Assembly (NCBI GenBank): GCA_964548075.1
Contig: CAZJQQ010000042.1
Span: 92-64,091, forward strand
Length of the DNA stretch: 64,000 nt
Reading direction: 5' to 3'
Source of the DNA: an uncultured Clostridia bacterium
GTDB taxonomy: Bacteria; Acidobacteriota; Blastocatellia; UBA7656
Shown here: positions 48,418 to 58,504 of the stretch, in pieces
Layout of the letters: each line of letters begins with the position of its first letter
How positions within the stretch are numbered: the stretch's first letter is position 1
Translations under genes and position numbers: made by a program
The notes under the pieces: model-generated
Told to the model about the DNA's origin: nothing
Seen by the model: only the letters and a program-made list of their open reading frames with translations
The model's database searches: none

Positions 48418-50367
48418 ATGAATGCGGAACGTCACTTCTACGAGTTCGGTCCCTTCCGTCTGGACGCAGCAGAACGACTGCTGCTGCGTGAGGGCCGGAT
48501 TCTACCACTCACTCCCAAAGCGTTTGACGTCCTTCTGGCGCTCGTTGAGAACAGCAGTCGCACGGTTGAAAAAGACGATCTGATGAAGCGAGTGTGGCCC
48601 GACACGTGTGTCGAGGAGGTCAACCTTGCCAATAACGTCTCGCTGTTAAGGAAAGTCCTCGGCGAAGGCTCCAATGCGGATCAGTACATTCAAACCGTCC
48701 CGCGCAGAGGCTATAGGTTTGTTGCAATCGTCAGAAAGCTGCAACCTGAGGACACTAACGAATCGTTCCCAAGAGCAAGCGCGATAGAACAACGGGTAAG
48801 CAGCAGCGCACAACTGGACAAAGCCCTGGCCGACGCTCCCGTAGAACAGCCCGGGAGATTGTGGGCAAATAGGTTCCGGCAAAAGCGAGTCCTGATCGTT
48901 TGCATGGTGCTTCTCGGTATCGCGGTTACGGCCCTCTATCTGTGGACGATGAGCGGCCCAAAGCCGTCCGGGCAACTGACCCAGGTGCAAATTAAGTCAC
49001 TTGCGGTGCTCCCTTTCCGGCAGTTAGGCGGAGAGGGCGATGAATACATAGGACTTGGAATTGCCGATTCGCTAATTACAAGGCTGAGTAACCTGCGTGA
49101 GATCAAAGTGAGGCCCACAAGCTCCATCCTCAAGTATAACAACCAGTCGACAGACCCTGGCCGGATTGGGCGAGAGCTTGGCGTCGAAGCAATTCTCGAA
49201 GGCAGCATACGCAGAGACGGCGAAAACCTCCGGATTACAGTTCAGCTTGTGAGGGTCGAGGATGGCTCGCCACTATGGGCAGAGAAGTTCGATGACAGAT
49301 TCACGAGTATATTTAAGATTGAAGATTCGATGTCGGGGCGGGTAGCCGAAAGCCTTGTGCCGAAGCTCACCGGCGAAGAGAGAGCGGTGCTGGCCAAACG
49401 CTATACAGACAATTCCGAGGCTTACAATGAGTATCTTAAGGGCCGCTTCTTCTGGAACAAGAGAACCGTAGACGGAATGACGAAGGCCATCGAGCACTTC
49501 GAGCAAGCCATTGCTTTCGACCCAAGTTACGCGCTAGCTCATGCGGGTCTCGCCGACAGCTGCGTTATGCTCTACCAATACAGCGACTTTTCGGACAAGG
49601 AGAATATCCGGAGGGCAAGAGCAGCCGCGACTAAAGCGTTGCAGATAGATAGCACGCTCGGTGAAGCTCACACCTCGCTCGGCTTTGTCCTTTACAGCGA
49701 GCGCGACAACTCAGCGGCGGAGAGAGAATATAAGCAAGCCATTGAGTTGAATCCCAACTACGCAACAGCGTACCACCGTTATTCAGGTATGCTGTCCAGT
49801 GCCGGGCGACCAGATGAAGCTCTGAAAATGATAAAACGAGCGCAGGCGCTTGATCCGCTTTCGCTCATAATCAACACAGCTCTTGGACAGCATTATTACC
49901 TCAACCGTCGGTACGACGAAGCTATCGAGCAATTGCGGAAGACGCTTGAAATGGACCCAACTTTCATCCACGCGCTCGGATTTCTCGGAATGGCTTATCT
50001 AAAAAAGGGAATGCACGAAGATGCGATTCGAGCAATCGAAAAGGCCAGGTTGCTCTCAGCTAACTCTGTCCCGCCCGTGATTGTATCACTTCGGGGTTAC
50101 ATCTACGCGGTAACAGGTAAGCGAGCCGAGGCCCAAAAGATTCTCAAAGATCTGATAGAGCTACACAAGCGACGACACGTCTCGGCGCCCGACATAGCGC
50201 TGATCTATGCGGGTCTTGGCGAAAGCGATCAGGCTTTCGGATGGCTTGAAACGGCTTATAAGGAGCGAGAATTGGGTTTTGGCTGGCTAAGCGATCCGAG
50301 CTTGGACAGCCTCCGCTCAGATCCACGTTTCGCGGAGCTCGGGCGGCGGATGAGCGCCCAACGCTGA
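48418..50367 (+). CDS. CadC/OmpR-type wHTH-TM-TolB-N-like-TPR regulator (paralog 2)
   Basis: YEFGPFRLDAAERLLLREGRILPLTPKAFDVLLALV...VPRRGYRF. TM segment VLIVCMVLLGIAVTALYLW. SLAVLPFRQL. TPR units. Confidence 0.85.
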   Translation: MNAERHFYEFGPFRLDAAERLLLREGRILPLTPKAFDVLLALVENSSRTVEKDDLMKRVWPDTCVEEVNLANNVSLLRKVLGEGSNADQYIQTVPRRGYRFVAIVRKLQPEDTNESFPRASAIEQRVSSSAQLDKALADAPVEQPGRLWANRFRQKRVLIVCMVLLGIAVTALYLWTMSGPKPSGQLTQVQIKSLAVLPFRQLGGEGDEYIGLGIADSLITRLSNLREIKVRPTSSILKYNNQSTDPGRIGRELGVEAILEGSIRRDGENLRITVQLVRVEDGSPLWAEKFDDRFTSIFKIEDSMSGRVAESLVPKLTGEERAVLAKRYTDNSEAYNEYLKGRFFWNKRTVDGMTKAIEHFEQAIAFDPSYALAHAGLADSCVMLYQYSDFSDKENIRRARAAATKALQIDSTLGEAHTSLGFVLYSERDNSAAEREYKQAIELNPNYATAYHRYSGMLSSAGRPDEALKMIKRAQALDPLSLIINTALGQHYYLNRRYDEAIEQLRKTLEMDPTFIHALGFLGMAYLKKGMHEDAIRAIEKARLLSANSVPPVIVSLRGYIYAVTGKRAEAQKILKDLIELHKRRHVSAPDIALIYAGLGESDQAFGWLETAYKERELGFGWLSDPSLDSLRSDPRFAELGRRMSAQR

Positions 50368-50425
50368 TTAGTAAAAGATCAGTATTATTTTAAGAGAGTC
50401 TTAAGCGCAGTTAAGGTGGGCTACG

Positions 50426-52375
50426 ATGAATTCGGAACGTCACTTCTACGAGTTCGGTCCCTTCCGTCTGGACGCGGCAGAACGTCTGTTGCTGCGCGAG
50501 GGCCGGATTCTACCACTCACTCCCAAAGCGTTTGACGTCCTTCTGGCGCTAGTTGAGAACAGCAGTCACACGGTTGAAAAAGACGATTTGATGAAGCGAG
50601 TCTGGCCCGACACGTGTGTCGAGGAGGTCAACCTTGCCAATAACGTCTCGCTGTTAAGGAAAGTCCTCGGCGAAGGCTCCAATGCGGATCAGTACATTCA
50701 GACGGTCCCGCGGAGAGGTTATCGGTTTGTCGCCGACGTCAGAGTAGTGAGCGATGCGAGCCCAGACGGCGAAACGGCGTCGAGCGGACCGGCTTTTACT
50801 CAACCTCGAGAAATCAGCGACGTTCAACCGGCCCGGATCTCAGCCGCGGCTACCGACGGACCGCAGTCGAGCTGGTGGGCGACCAACAGCAGGGGACGTT
50901 TAGCCGCAATAGGCGCCTCGGTGCTGCTAATTGGGCTGGCTGCGGCGGGGCTATATCGATTCATCGGAAATGGTCCAAGACCCGACAGCGAGCGTGCTCC
51001 GATCAAGTCCGTTGCGTTGCTTCCCTTCAAGCCGCTCGTCGCCGGCGCCCGCGATGAGATGCTCGAGATGGGAATGGCGGAGACACTGATTACTCGATTG
51101 AGCAGCATCAGAGAAATCACAGTTCGTCCAATGAGCGCGGTGCGAAAGTACACCGCCCTCGAGCAGGACGCGGTAGCCGCCGGTCAGGAACAGCAAGTTG
51201 ATGCGGTCCTTGAGGGAACCATTCAGAAGGTAGACGATAGAATAAGAGTTACGGCGCGCCTCTTGCGCATCCCAGATGGAAGGACCCTCTGGGCCGGCAA
51301 ATTTGAAGAGAGATTCACTAACATCCTGGATGTCCAGGACGCCATCGCAGAGCGCGCCTCAGGCGTGTTGGCGTTGAAATTGACCAGCGAGGAGAGAAAA
51401 CTCCTCGCGAAACGCGACACCGAAAACCCTGATGCCTACCAGCTGTACATAAGGGGCCGTTACTTCTGGAACAAACGAACCCCGGAAGGGATGAAGAAGG
51501 CCATCGAGTGTTTTCAACGGGCGATTGATCTGGACCCAAACTATGCGCAGGCGTATGTTGGCCTGGCCGACTCCTATGCGTTCTCCCTGTGGAGCGGACT
51601 GCCTAAGGAAGTTTGGATGAATAAGCAAAAGGCGGCGACAGCGAAGGCTCTAGAGCTTGATGACACGCTTGCCGAAGCTCACGCCACGATGGCTCACATT
51701 AAGGATTCCATTGAAGATGACTATCCGGGCGCGGAAAAAGAATACAATCGAAGCATCGAGTTGAATTCGAATTATCCGACGGCCCATCACTGGTATTCCA
51801 ACTTCCTGAATGTACAGGGTCGCTGTGACGAGGCCCTAGCGGAGATCAGACGAGCGCAGGAGCTTGATCCATTATCGCTTATCATCAATGCGACTGTCGG
51901 GTTTGCTCTTTCTTGCTCAGGGAGAACTGACGAGGCCATCGCACAACTCAGAAAAACGATCGAGATGGATCCGAACTTTATGACAACTCACAGGTTTCTG
52001 GCGGATGCATATATAACGAAGAAGATGTATGAGGAAGCACTGGCAGAATTTGAAAAGGGCATTCCGATAGTCCAAAAACAAGAAAGGTTGCGGGAGGTCG
52101 GATATCTCTATGCGGTGTGGGGGAAGCGTGACAAAGCTCTTAAGCTCTGCGACGGAATGAAGAAACTCCCGGACCAGGACAGATGGGATCATGTCGACCT
52201 TGCACAGGTCTACGCTGCGCTTGGAGAGAATGATCAAGCCTTTGAATACCTGGAGAAAGCCCTGCAGGATCGCGCTTCATTGATAACACCCATCAGATTT
52301 GATTCAAGGCTGGCCAACCTTCGATCAGACCCTCGCTTTGCGGACCTGATCCGGCGTTTCCAATCGAAACCTTGA
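50426..52375 (+). CDS. CadC/OmpR-type wHTH-TM-TolB-N-like-TPR regulator (paralog 3)
   Basis: The first ~100 aa are nearly identical to paralog 2, with two substitutions seen. TM segment LAAIGASVLLIGLAAAGLY. SVALLPFKPL. TPR units. Confidence 0.85.
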   Translation: MNSERHFYEFGPFRLDAAERLLLREGRILPLTPKAFDVLLALVENSSHTVEKDDLMKRVWPDTCVEEVNLANNVSLLRKVLGEGSNADQYIQTVPRRGYRFVADVRVVSDASPDGETASSGPAFTQPREISDVQPARISAAATDGPQSSWWATNSRGRLAAIGASVLLIGLAAAGLYRFIGNGPRPDSERAPIKSVALLPFKPLVAGARDEMLEMGMAETLITRLSSIREITVRPMSAVRKYTALEQDAVAAGQEQQVDAVLEGTIQKVDDRIRVTARLLRIPDGRTLWAGKFEERFTNILDVQDAIAERASGVLALKLTSEERKLLAKRDTENPDAYQLYIRGRYFWNKRTPEGMKKAIECFQRAIDLDPNYAQAYVGLADSYAFSLWSGLPKEVWMNKQKAATAKALELDDTLAEAHATMAHIKDSIEDDYPGAEKEYNRSIELNSNYPTAHHWYSNFLNVQGRCDEALAEIRRAQELDPLSLIINATVGFALSCSGRTDEAIAQLRKTIEMDPNFMTTHRFLADAYITKKMYEEALAEFEKGIPIVQKQERLREVGYLYAVWGKRDKALKLCDGMKKLPDQDRWDHVDLAQVYAALGENDQAFEYLEKALQDRASLITPIRFDSRLANLRSDPRFADLIRRFQSKP

Positions 52376-52441
52376 CCACAGGATTGCTCGGAAGAGTGCG
52401 CGCCGTGGCCGGAATACTGAAACGTCGGTTAGACTCTATCT

Positions 52442-52897
52442 ATGAGTACGCCAACTGAAGCAAGAGTCATAACCTGTCCCTCGTGCGGGGCCAACAACCG
52501 AGTCCCTGTTGAAAAGCTTCGCGAGCGGCTTCAACCTGTTTGCGGCCAATGCAAGAGTCCGCTTACGGTCTCGGCTCATCCGGTGACAGTGACCGACGCG
52601 AACTTCGCGGAAGAAGTCGAACGTTCGCCGCTTCCAGTCCTGCTGGATATGTGGGCGCCGTGGTGCGGACCTTGCCGGATGATCGCACCTACAATCGAGC
52701 AGCTCGCGAGCGAGCTAGCGGGCCGCGTGAAAGTAGCCAAGCTCAACACCGACGAGAACCCGATGACCGGGTCGCGTTTCAACGTTCGCAGCATCCCGAC
52801 GCTGCTGGTGTTGAAGGATGGCAAGGAGATCGATCGGCTGGTCGGCGCGTTTCCCAAGCAGGAGATTCTACGCAGGCTAGAGTCTGTAATCGGATGA
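52442..52897 (+). CDS. trxC: Thioredoxin 2 type (N-terminal zinc-finger extension)
   Basis: CPSCGANN...CGQCKSPL zinc-binding pairs followed by the WAPWCGPC active site. Confidence 0.9.
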   Translation: MSTPTEARVITCPSCGANNRVPVEKLRERLQPVCGQCKSPLTVSAHPVTVTDANFAEEVERSPLPVLLDMWAPWCGPCRMIAPTIEQLASELAGRVKVAKLNTDENPMTGSRFNVRSIPTLLVLKDGKEIDRLVGAFPKQEILRRLESVIG

Positions 52898-53022
52898 AGC
52901 TTCAGCGTCCCGCGTCCTCTGCGGTTCTCTTGGAGCGGCAGGAGATTAACCGCAGGGGACGAAGAGGAAATGCGCCGAGTAGACCGAGACTCGGACCCTG
53001 AAATGACGGGACAAAGAGGGAA

Positions 53023-53718
53023 ATGAAGAATCTCGCACCAACTCACCGTGCTGTGAAGCTCGCTTTGCCAGGCGCGCTTCTTGTCGCGATCCTGAGCGTC
53101 GGGTTCGCGAGCCATGCGCAGGAACCGCCGAAAGAAACCGGCACGTTCCGGAAGCCGGACCTCGTCGAGCTCGTCAAACTCGATCGAACCATCAAGCTCG
53201 ATATCCGCTACGCAACGTCTAACAACTTTCTCGGGAGGCCGGTCTACAAAGAAGCACGCGCGTTTCTTCAACGTCCCGCCGCCGAAGCTCTCTCGCGAGC
53301 GAACAAGGTTCTTCGCAAAAACGGCTACGGCTTGATCATTCATGATGGCTACCGTCCGTGGTCGGTGACCAAGATCTTCTGGGACGCGACGCCTGCTGAC
53401 AAAAAAGAATTCGTGGCTGATCCCGCTCAGGGTTCGCGTCACAATCGAGGCTGCGCCGTTGATCTGTCTTTGTTTGACTTGAAGACCGGCAAAGAAGTCG
53501 TGATGCCGTCGGGCTATGATGAGATGACCGAGCGATCTCACATCAACTATACGGGCGGGACCGATGAGCAACGCCGATTGCGCGACATGCTGCGCACCGC
53601 GATGGAACCGGAGGGATTCGCGGTCTACGAGCCCGAGTGGTGGCATTACGATTACAAGGATTGGAAAGAGTATCCGATCCTGAACACCGGCTTCTCGGAA
53701 ATTCGGAGGCAGAAATAA
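53023..53718 (+). CDS. ddpX: D-alanyl-D-alanine dipeptidase (peptidase M15D, VanX-like) with a signal peptide
   Basis: [33 protein letters not shown] and EWWHYD motifs. Confidence 0.85.
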   Translation: MKNLAPTHRAVKLALPGALLVAILSVGFASHAQEPPKETGTFRKPDLVELVKLDRTIKLDIRYATSNNFLGRPVYKEARAFLQRPAAEALSRANKVLRKNGYGLIIHDGYRPWSVTKIFWDATPADKKEFVADPAQGSRHNRGCAVDLSLFDLKTGKEVVMPSGYDEMTERSHINYTGGTDEQRRLRDMLRTAMEPEGFAVYEPEWWHYDYKDWKEYPILNTGFSEIRRQK

Positions 53719-53725
53719 CCGGGTC

Positions 53726-55055
53726 CTACTGAATGTCTTTCCGCGCGAGTTTGAGCGCCAGCTCGATGTCTCGGTCTTTTCCGGCAATCAAATCGTCTAT
53801 CGTGTGCTTGATGGGATAGTCCGGGACGATTCCGTGCGAAGCGGTTTTGTATCCGGTCACTGCCATGTAGTAGGTCACCACAGGCACGACTACTCCAAGC
53901 TGAGTGTTGGGCAGCTTCACCAGCGGCGAGAATCCAGAGCTGTTGCCGTAGTAGCCACCGGCCGATTCTTCTCCAATAAACGTCGCCCGCTTGAGGTAAT
54001 GCGCGTGCGAGGAAAACTCGGAGGTTGCGGAAAAGCTGCCGCCATTGATGAGGATGTAGACCTTGCCGGTGAACGTGGGCTTGCTCGGTTGATTGATGCC
54101 CCAGTTCGGATGACCGACCAGATGGATCTTGCCGTCCGCGCCCCGACTGTACATCTTCTCGGGCGTTTTGAAGTTGGGCTGATTCGTGTATTTCATGAAG
54201 CTGAACGTGTCGCTGTTGGCAACCAGATCCTCGTAGTACTTGAAGGGCTGGTCGATCAAGTAAGACAGCAACAGTTTTCCAACTTATCTTGATCAAGATA
54301 CTTGATTTCGGCCGCCCGCCCAGATCGTTGATCCAGAGGGTACGCCGCTCTGGAGATCTCCTGCAGCTTCGGCGACGGGACGCCTTCAAGTCTCACTTCC
54401 TCTTCGCGTTTCGCCTTCGCGTCCCGAAGAGCCACGTCGTACGGGCTCTTCAAACCTAACATCGAGATGAGCAGGGTTGCGAACCGCAGGTCGCCGATAC
54501 GTGTTTGCCTTGAAGTCTCAACATCCCCGTCGCCTGAAGCCGCGGCATCATCGTTCCAACGATTCTTGTCGCAGACATGCCATTGATCGAGCGGATCTCC
54601 ATTCCCGCAATGCGATGGTCAGTGCTCGAATAGTCCCGAAACACGTAAGGCTTCTTTGCCATGACGCGCACCCGAAGGGGCAACAGCGGAGCCCGATCGT
54701 TCAACTCCGCGCGCAAATCCTCTGGCAAAACGACCGCCGTATGTCCGCACTTGATCGCATTCACCGCGGGGCCCAGCACGCGAAAGAACTCATACGCGTC
54801 CATTGGATGATCCAGCGACCGCGCGGCTTCATCGAAGATCTGGTCGAGCCTCGCCTTCGGAGTGTAACGATAGATCCCGCTGTGGCCTTCTTCGAGCGCG
54901 CGCCGCGCGATCTGAAAGTCTTCGAGTAACTGCGCCGCGGTGAACTTTGAAAGCCTGGCGTCGGGTTTCTCGTCCGGCCTGATGCCTGACGTTTGAGTGA
55001 ACGCAGAGTTCGCGGGCAGAAGCAGCGCGAACGCGAATGCGAGAAGTTTTCTCAT
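53726..55055 (-). pseudogene. S41-family (tail-specific-like) peptidase gene broken into three reading frames
   Basis: The N-terminal part with signal peptide is in frame 54456..55055. A middle piece is in frame 54256..54462. The catalytic C-terminal part (VYILINGGSFSATSEFSSH...IGEESAGGY) is in frame 53726..54271. Confidence 0.6.
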
Positions 55056-55285
55056 AGGGAAAGGTACCTCGTGGTTGATTGCTGAAATGAAGCTCGAAGG
55101 GCACACGGAATTCTAGTGCGGGCACGTAGACGCGGCAGTTTCTACAAAGCGCGTCCACAGGGCAATACGGACAAGGCTCCCAAAGCGAGTGCACGCTTTG
55201 TAGTGTCGTTGGGGCTTAGTGACTAACCGAACCGGGGCTCTCTCCGAGATAACTAATAGGGCCGGGAAACAGTGCCCGTCTCAAA

Positions 55286-55777
55286 TCAAGGTTTCCAAAC
55301 GGTCAGGTACAGTCGCCGCCCGTCGGGCAGCGAGTCGGCTATCACCTCAAAGTCCTTCGTGTTGTGCGAAACAAGGCCGTAGTTATGCGCGACCGCTATA
55401 GCGGCGATGAAGATATCAGCCCAAGCCTTCTTCCGTCGTTCTCGATCAAGCTTCGGAAGGTAGCGCGGGAAGATGTGTGCGGCAATAGCGGCCGCCGTTT
55501 CGTTGAGTGGCAATACAATACAGTTCACCGCCAATTCATCGATCCTGCGTTTTGCTTCTTGCCAGGGCTCGGCTAAACCTCCCTTCCTGACTATATCGTC
55601 TTCAATACCATGCAGGGCCTCAAAGATGGTAATGGAGGTCAACGCTGGCGGCACTTTGAACTCCGACTGGTAATGAGTGATTGCATCCAGAACATATTGG
55701 TGTCGGTTTCTCCAATGCGTGAACACATCGTTGTCTAATGCGAGCGATGTTCCTGGTGGCGGGTGCTCAAACGACAT
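55286..55777 (-). CDS. PIN-domain nuclease (VapC-like)
   Basis: The acidic residues sit in canonical PIN positions: LALDNDVF, IFEALHG, ADIFIAAIAV, SHNTKDF. Confidence 0.8.
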   Translation of the reverse strand: MSFEHPPPGTSLALDNDVFTHWRNRHQYVLDAITHYQSEFKVPPALTSITIFEALHGIEDDIVRKGGLAEPWQEAKRRIDELAVNCIVLPLNETAAAIAAHIFPRYLPKLDRERRKKAWADIFIAAIAVAHNYGLVSHNTKDFEVIADSLPDGRRLYLTVWKP

Positions 55778-55802
55778 TCACTTGTCCGGTTGTTCTCTCT
55801 TG

Positions 55803-56915
55803 TCAATCAAGGAAGGTCTCTTCATCCAGTTCAACACGCCGAGTCACGCGGGTTCTTTCTTCTTCGCTGAAGCCGTCTAGAGTTGACGCGGCGAGAGCGT
55901 GATATCGCGCGATGAGTCGCGAGTCGAGGTCTCGTTCCAAGTTTATCAGCGACTGAATACGCGAATCCCAGGGATTCAAGGGCATGCGAGGTGCTTCCGG
56001 CAATTCGTAAACCGCCTGATTTGTCCGCGATCTAATCAAAACAGGGACCGGGCGTCCATCGCCACGCCCGATTTCTTGGCGCACGCGATCGAGATCCTCA
56101 ACGTACGGGTCATTTATTTTCAGAGTCAGTGGTCCCAGCGGAATACTGAGCCCCAACAAGGTCCTACTGACCGGCTCAGGTCCAAACGTTTGCACTTCTG
56201 ATTCCTCGATCGATCTCAGTCGTTCGCGGCCTGCTTCGTTAGCCTCAATCTCAATTGTGAGCGGATCGAGGCAATGGTAGACAAATACGCGATCTACAAT
56301 AGCGCGAAAAACAAGAATGGTCGCAGCAATGTCCGTTCCTGAAAAAGCGGTTGAGGGAAGATGGAATTGGATTCCGGTCGCCCGCTCTATGACCATCAGC
56401 CAATAGCTCGTTTGGCGGCTTTGCAACAATCGGCTGATCTCGATGAGCGGTAGATTAAAGCCTAAGGCCAGATCGAGACCCGCCTCTGGCATTTGAAAGT
56501 GCACTCGCTGCGACAAGGCTAAAGCAGCATTGAGAGTAGACGCGACAAAATCATCCCGCGCGCAGTCTTTCGTCGGCGCAAGCCGGAATGAGACTTGCGC
56601 AATCTCAAATGCTGACTCGTGTTCGGTCAATCTCCCTGCGAACTCTATGTTGGCTTCTACATTCGCAGCAATTGCCACTTTTATGAGAATCTGGCCTGCG
56701 TCCTTATCTTGCGCGAATTGAACAACGGCGGCGTCAATGCCGAAGTTGAAGTCTGGGAACAATACCCTAAGAGACGCCGAATCGAGCCGCGCCGCCGGAA
56801 AGCACATCAGGCCGGACAGAACCTTCGGGGCGTACTCAGGAAGTGTCACGCGCGCAATATGCGGCAACACAGCCGGGACTGCTGCTGAACTCTCGATGTC
56901 CAAAAGAGCGCTCAT
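55803..56915 (-). CDS. Hypothetical protein (~370 aa) immediately upstream of the PIN gene
   Basis: Long uninterrupted ORF. ATG 56915 is preceded by AAGGAAAG. No motif I can recognise. Acidic C-terminal tail EEERTRVTRRVELDEETFLD. There is a 25-nt gap to the PIN start. Confidence 0.6.
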   Translation of the reverse strand: MSALLDIESSAAVPAVLPHIARVTLPEYAPKVLSGLMCFPAARLDSASLRVLFPDFNFGIDAAVVQFAQDKDAGQILIKVAIAANVEANIEFAGRLTEHESAFEIAQVSFRLAPTKDCARDDFVASTLNAALALSQRVHFQMPEAGLDLALGFNLPLIEISRLLQSRQTSYWLMVIERATGIQFHLPSTAFSGTDIAATILVFRAIVDRVFVYHCLDPLTIEIEANEAGRERLRSIEESEVQTFGPEPVSRTLLGLSIPLGPLTLKINDPYVEDLDRVRQEIGRGDGRPVPVLIRSRTNQAVYELPEAPRMPLNPWDSRIQSLINLERDLDSRLIARYHALAASTLDGFSEEERTRVTRRVELDEETFLD

Positions 56916-57333
56916 AAACTGGGACTTTCCTTTGCTCCAGATTGCCGATTCTGCGATGAACCCTGTGCAAATCCTATTCTTCCGACCCTCGCGTTGCAAC
57001 GTCGAGTTGCCACCATTGAGGCTCCTATGGCAAACGGAGGGGCAAGCTAGTGATCCGCAGTAAACACGCTCGCGTCAAATTCCTTTAGCGTCTTGGTGTC
57101 TTTGTGTTTGATTTCTGAATGCCGATGTCGATGGTCTTTCTGATGTAAGCTTCAGTCTTGAGCCGCTTCAGAGTACAAACTTTAGGTTGCCGACAAGCAG
57201 GCCCGCAAGCTAAAGCTTGAACTCTGAACCATAAGCGCGATGAGTTGCGACGCCGCCCTGCACGCTACTATTCTATTCAACGTCTTCGGCGGTGTGGTAA
57301 CTGTCAGCATCGAACCTCAGTCAGAGAAAGGGA

Positions 57334-57894
57334 GTGCTTATGCAATTGTCAAAGAAGCTTCAGGAACTAGTCGATAGGATCTCGCACAACAGGGAGAAAC
57401 TGCTTCAATCCGTTTCCGGGTTGAGCGACGCGCAGCTCAATCACAAAGCGGAGGACACCGCGTGGTCGGTCAGCGACGTCCTCAATCACGTTTCGATGGT
57501 CGATGAAGCCAACGCAAAGCTCACGTCAAACATGCTTAAGCACGCGCGCGCCAGCAGCCTGCCGCCCGATCCTTCGCCTGAAGCCTCGGTGATCCATTCG
57601 ATGGACGAGGTATTCGCGCGGATGGGTAACGCGAAGTTTCAAGCGCCAGAATTCGTCGCGCCCCATTCGCACTCACCGATAGACGAATCGCTGGCAAGAC
57701 TCAAGGCTTCTCGCGAGAGGATGCTGGCTAATGTGGAACAGCTCGACGGATATGATCTGAGCGAACTCACTTATCCGCACCCGTTTGCCGGAGACTTGAA
57801 CAGTTATCAGTGGGTCTTAATGGCGGGTGCGCACGAGTTCAGACACGCCGAGCAGATAAATCGAATGAAATCGCAGCCCGGTTTTCCGCTTTGA
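57334..57894 (+). CDS. DinB-family (DinB_2) metal-dependent protein
   Basis: Four-helix-bundle-type pattern with His residues (LNHVSMVDE, GAHEFRHAEQI), as in DinB/YfiT-like proteins. Confidence 0.75.
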   Translation: MLMQLSKKLQELVDRISHNREKLLQSVSGLSDAQLNHKAEDTAWSVSDVLNHVSMVDEANAKLTSNMLKHARASSLPPDPSPEASVIHSMDEVFARMGNAKFQAPEFVAPHSHSPIDESLARLKASRERMLANVEQLDGYDLSELTYPHPFAGDLNSYQWVLMAGAHEFRHAEQINRMKSQPGFPL

Positions 57895-57904
57895 GAAGCC
57901 GGTA

Positions 57905-57981
57905 AGAATAAACCGCAGAGGGCGCAGGGTTACGCAGAGGTTCTTCCTCCGCGTAACCCTGCGCCCTCTGCGGTTTATTCT
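57905..57981. repeat. Perfect 31-bp inverted repeat (REP or terminator-like hairpin) after the DinB gene
   Basis: agaataaaccgcagagggcgcagggttacgc (57905-57935) is the exact reverse complement of gcgtaaccctgcgccctctgcggtttattct (57951-57981). The 15-nt spacer also partly pairs (gagg/cctc). Confidence 0.9.
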
Positions 57982-58090
57982 GTACACTGTCGCTACAGTC
58001 TCGGAGTGACCTTCACACTCTGATCGCCCGTGGGCTAACGCATGCGCCAGCGTGTGATAGAATCTGCGACACACTTGAAGCGGAGGCTCA

Positions 58091-58504
58091 TTGTTGAGCG
58101 ACAGGCTCGTTCAAATCACTGACGCGATAGCTGCTGCGATCGAGGAACACGCGCGGCGCGAGCACCCTGCCGAATGCTGCGGCTTGCTCAGCGGCGGCAA
58201 CGGTTTGATCACCGATATTCATCAGCTTCGCAACGACGCCGACAAGCCTGAGACCCGGTACTTCGCGACACCCGAAGAGCTGTTCGCGGCGATGCGGCGC
58301 ATACGCGAATCGGGTCAGGCTTTGCTTGGGGTTTACCACTCTCACCCGCGCACGCCGGCTTATCCTTCGCAGTCTGATGTTGAGATGGCTTTCTACCCCG
58401 AAGCGTTCTACTTTATCATTTCACTCGAGCCGAGCGTTGAGCTCCGAGCGTTCAAGATCGGGGACGCAAGAATCGAGGATGTGGAAATAGTCCGTAGTCA
58501 GTAG
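58091..58504 (+). CDS. JAMM/MPN+ metallopeptidase (Mec/CysO-peptidase-like)
   Basis: ECCGLL (Glu motif) and the canonical HSHPRTPAYPSQSD (HxHx7Sx2D). 137 aa. Confidence 0.85.
   Translation: MLSDRLVQITDAIAAAIEEHARREHPAECCGLLSGGNGLITDIHQLRNDADKPETRYFATPEELFAAMRRIRESGQALLGVYHSHPRTPAYPSQSDVEMAFYPEAFYFIISLEPSVELRAFKIGDARIEDVEIVRSQ

Noticed and set aside
52576-53787. A 403-aa minus-strand ORF spanning trxC and the dipeptidase gene.
   Set aside because: It is antisense to two well-supported genes and to the intergenic region between them. No recognisable features.
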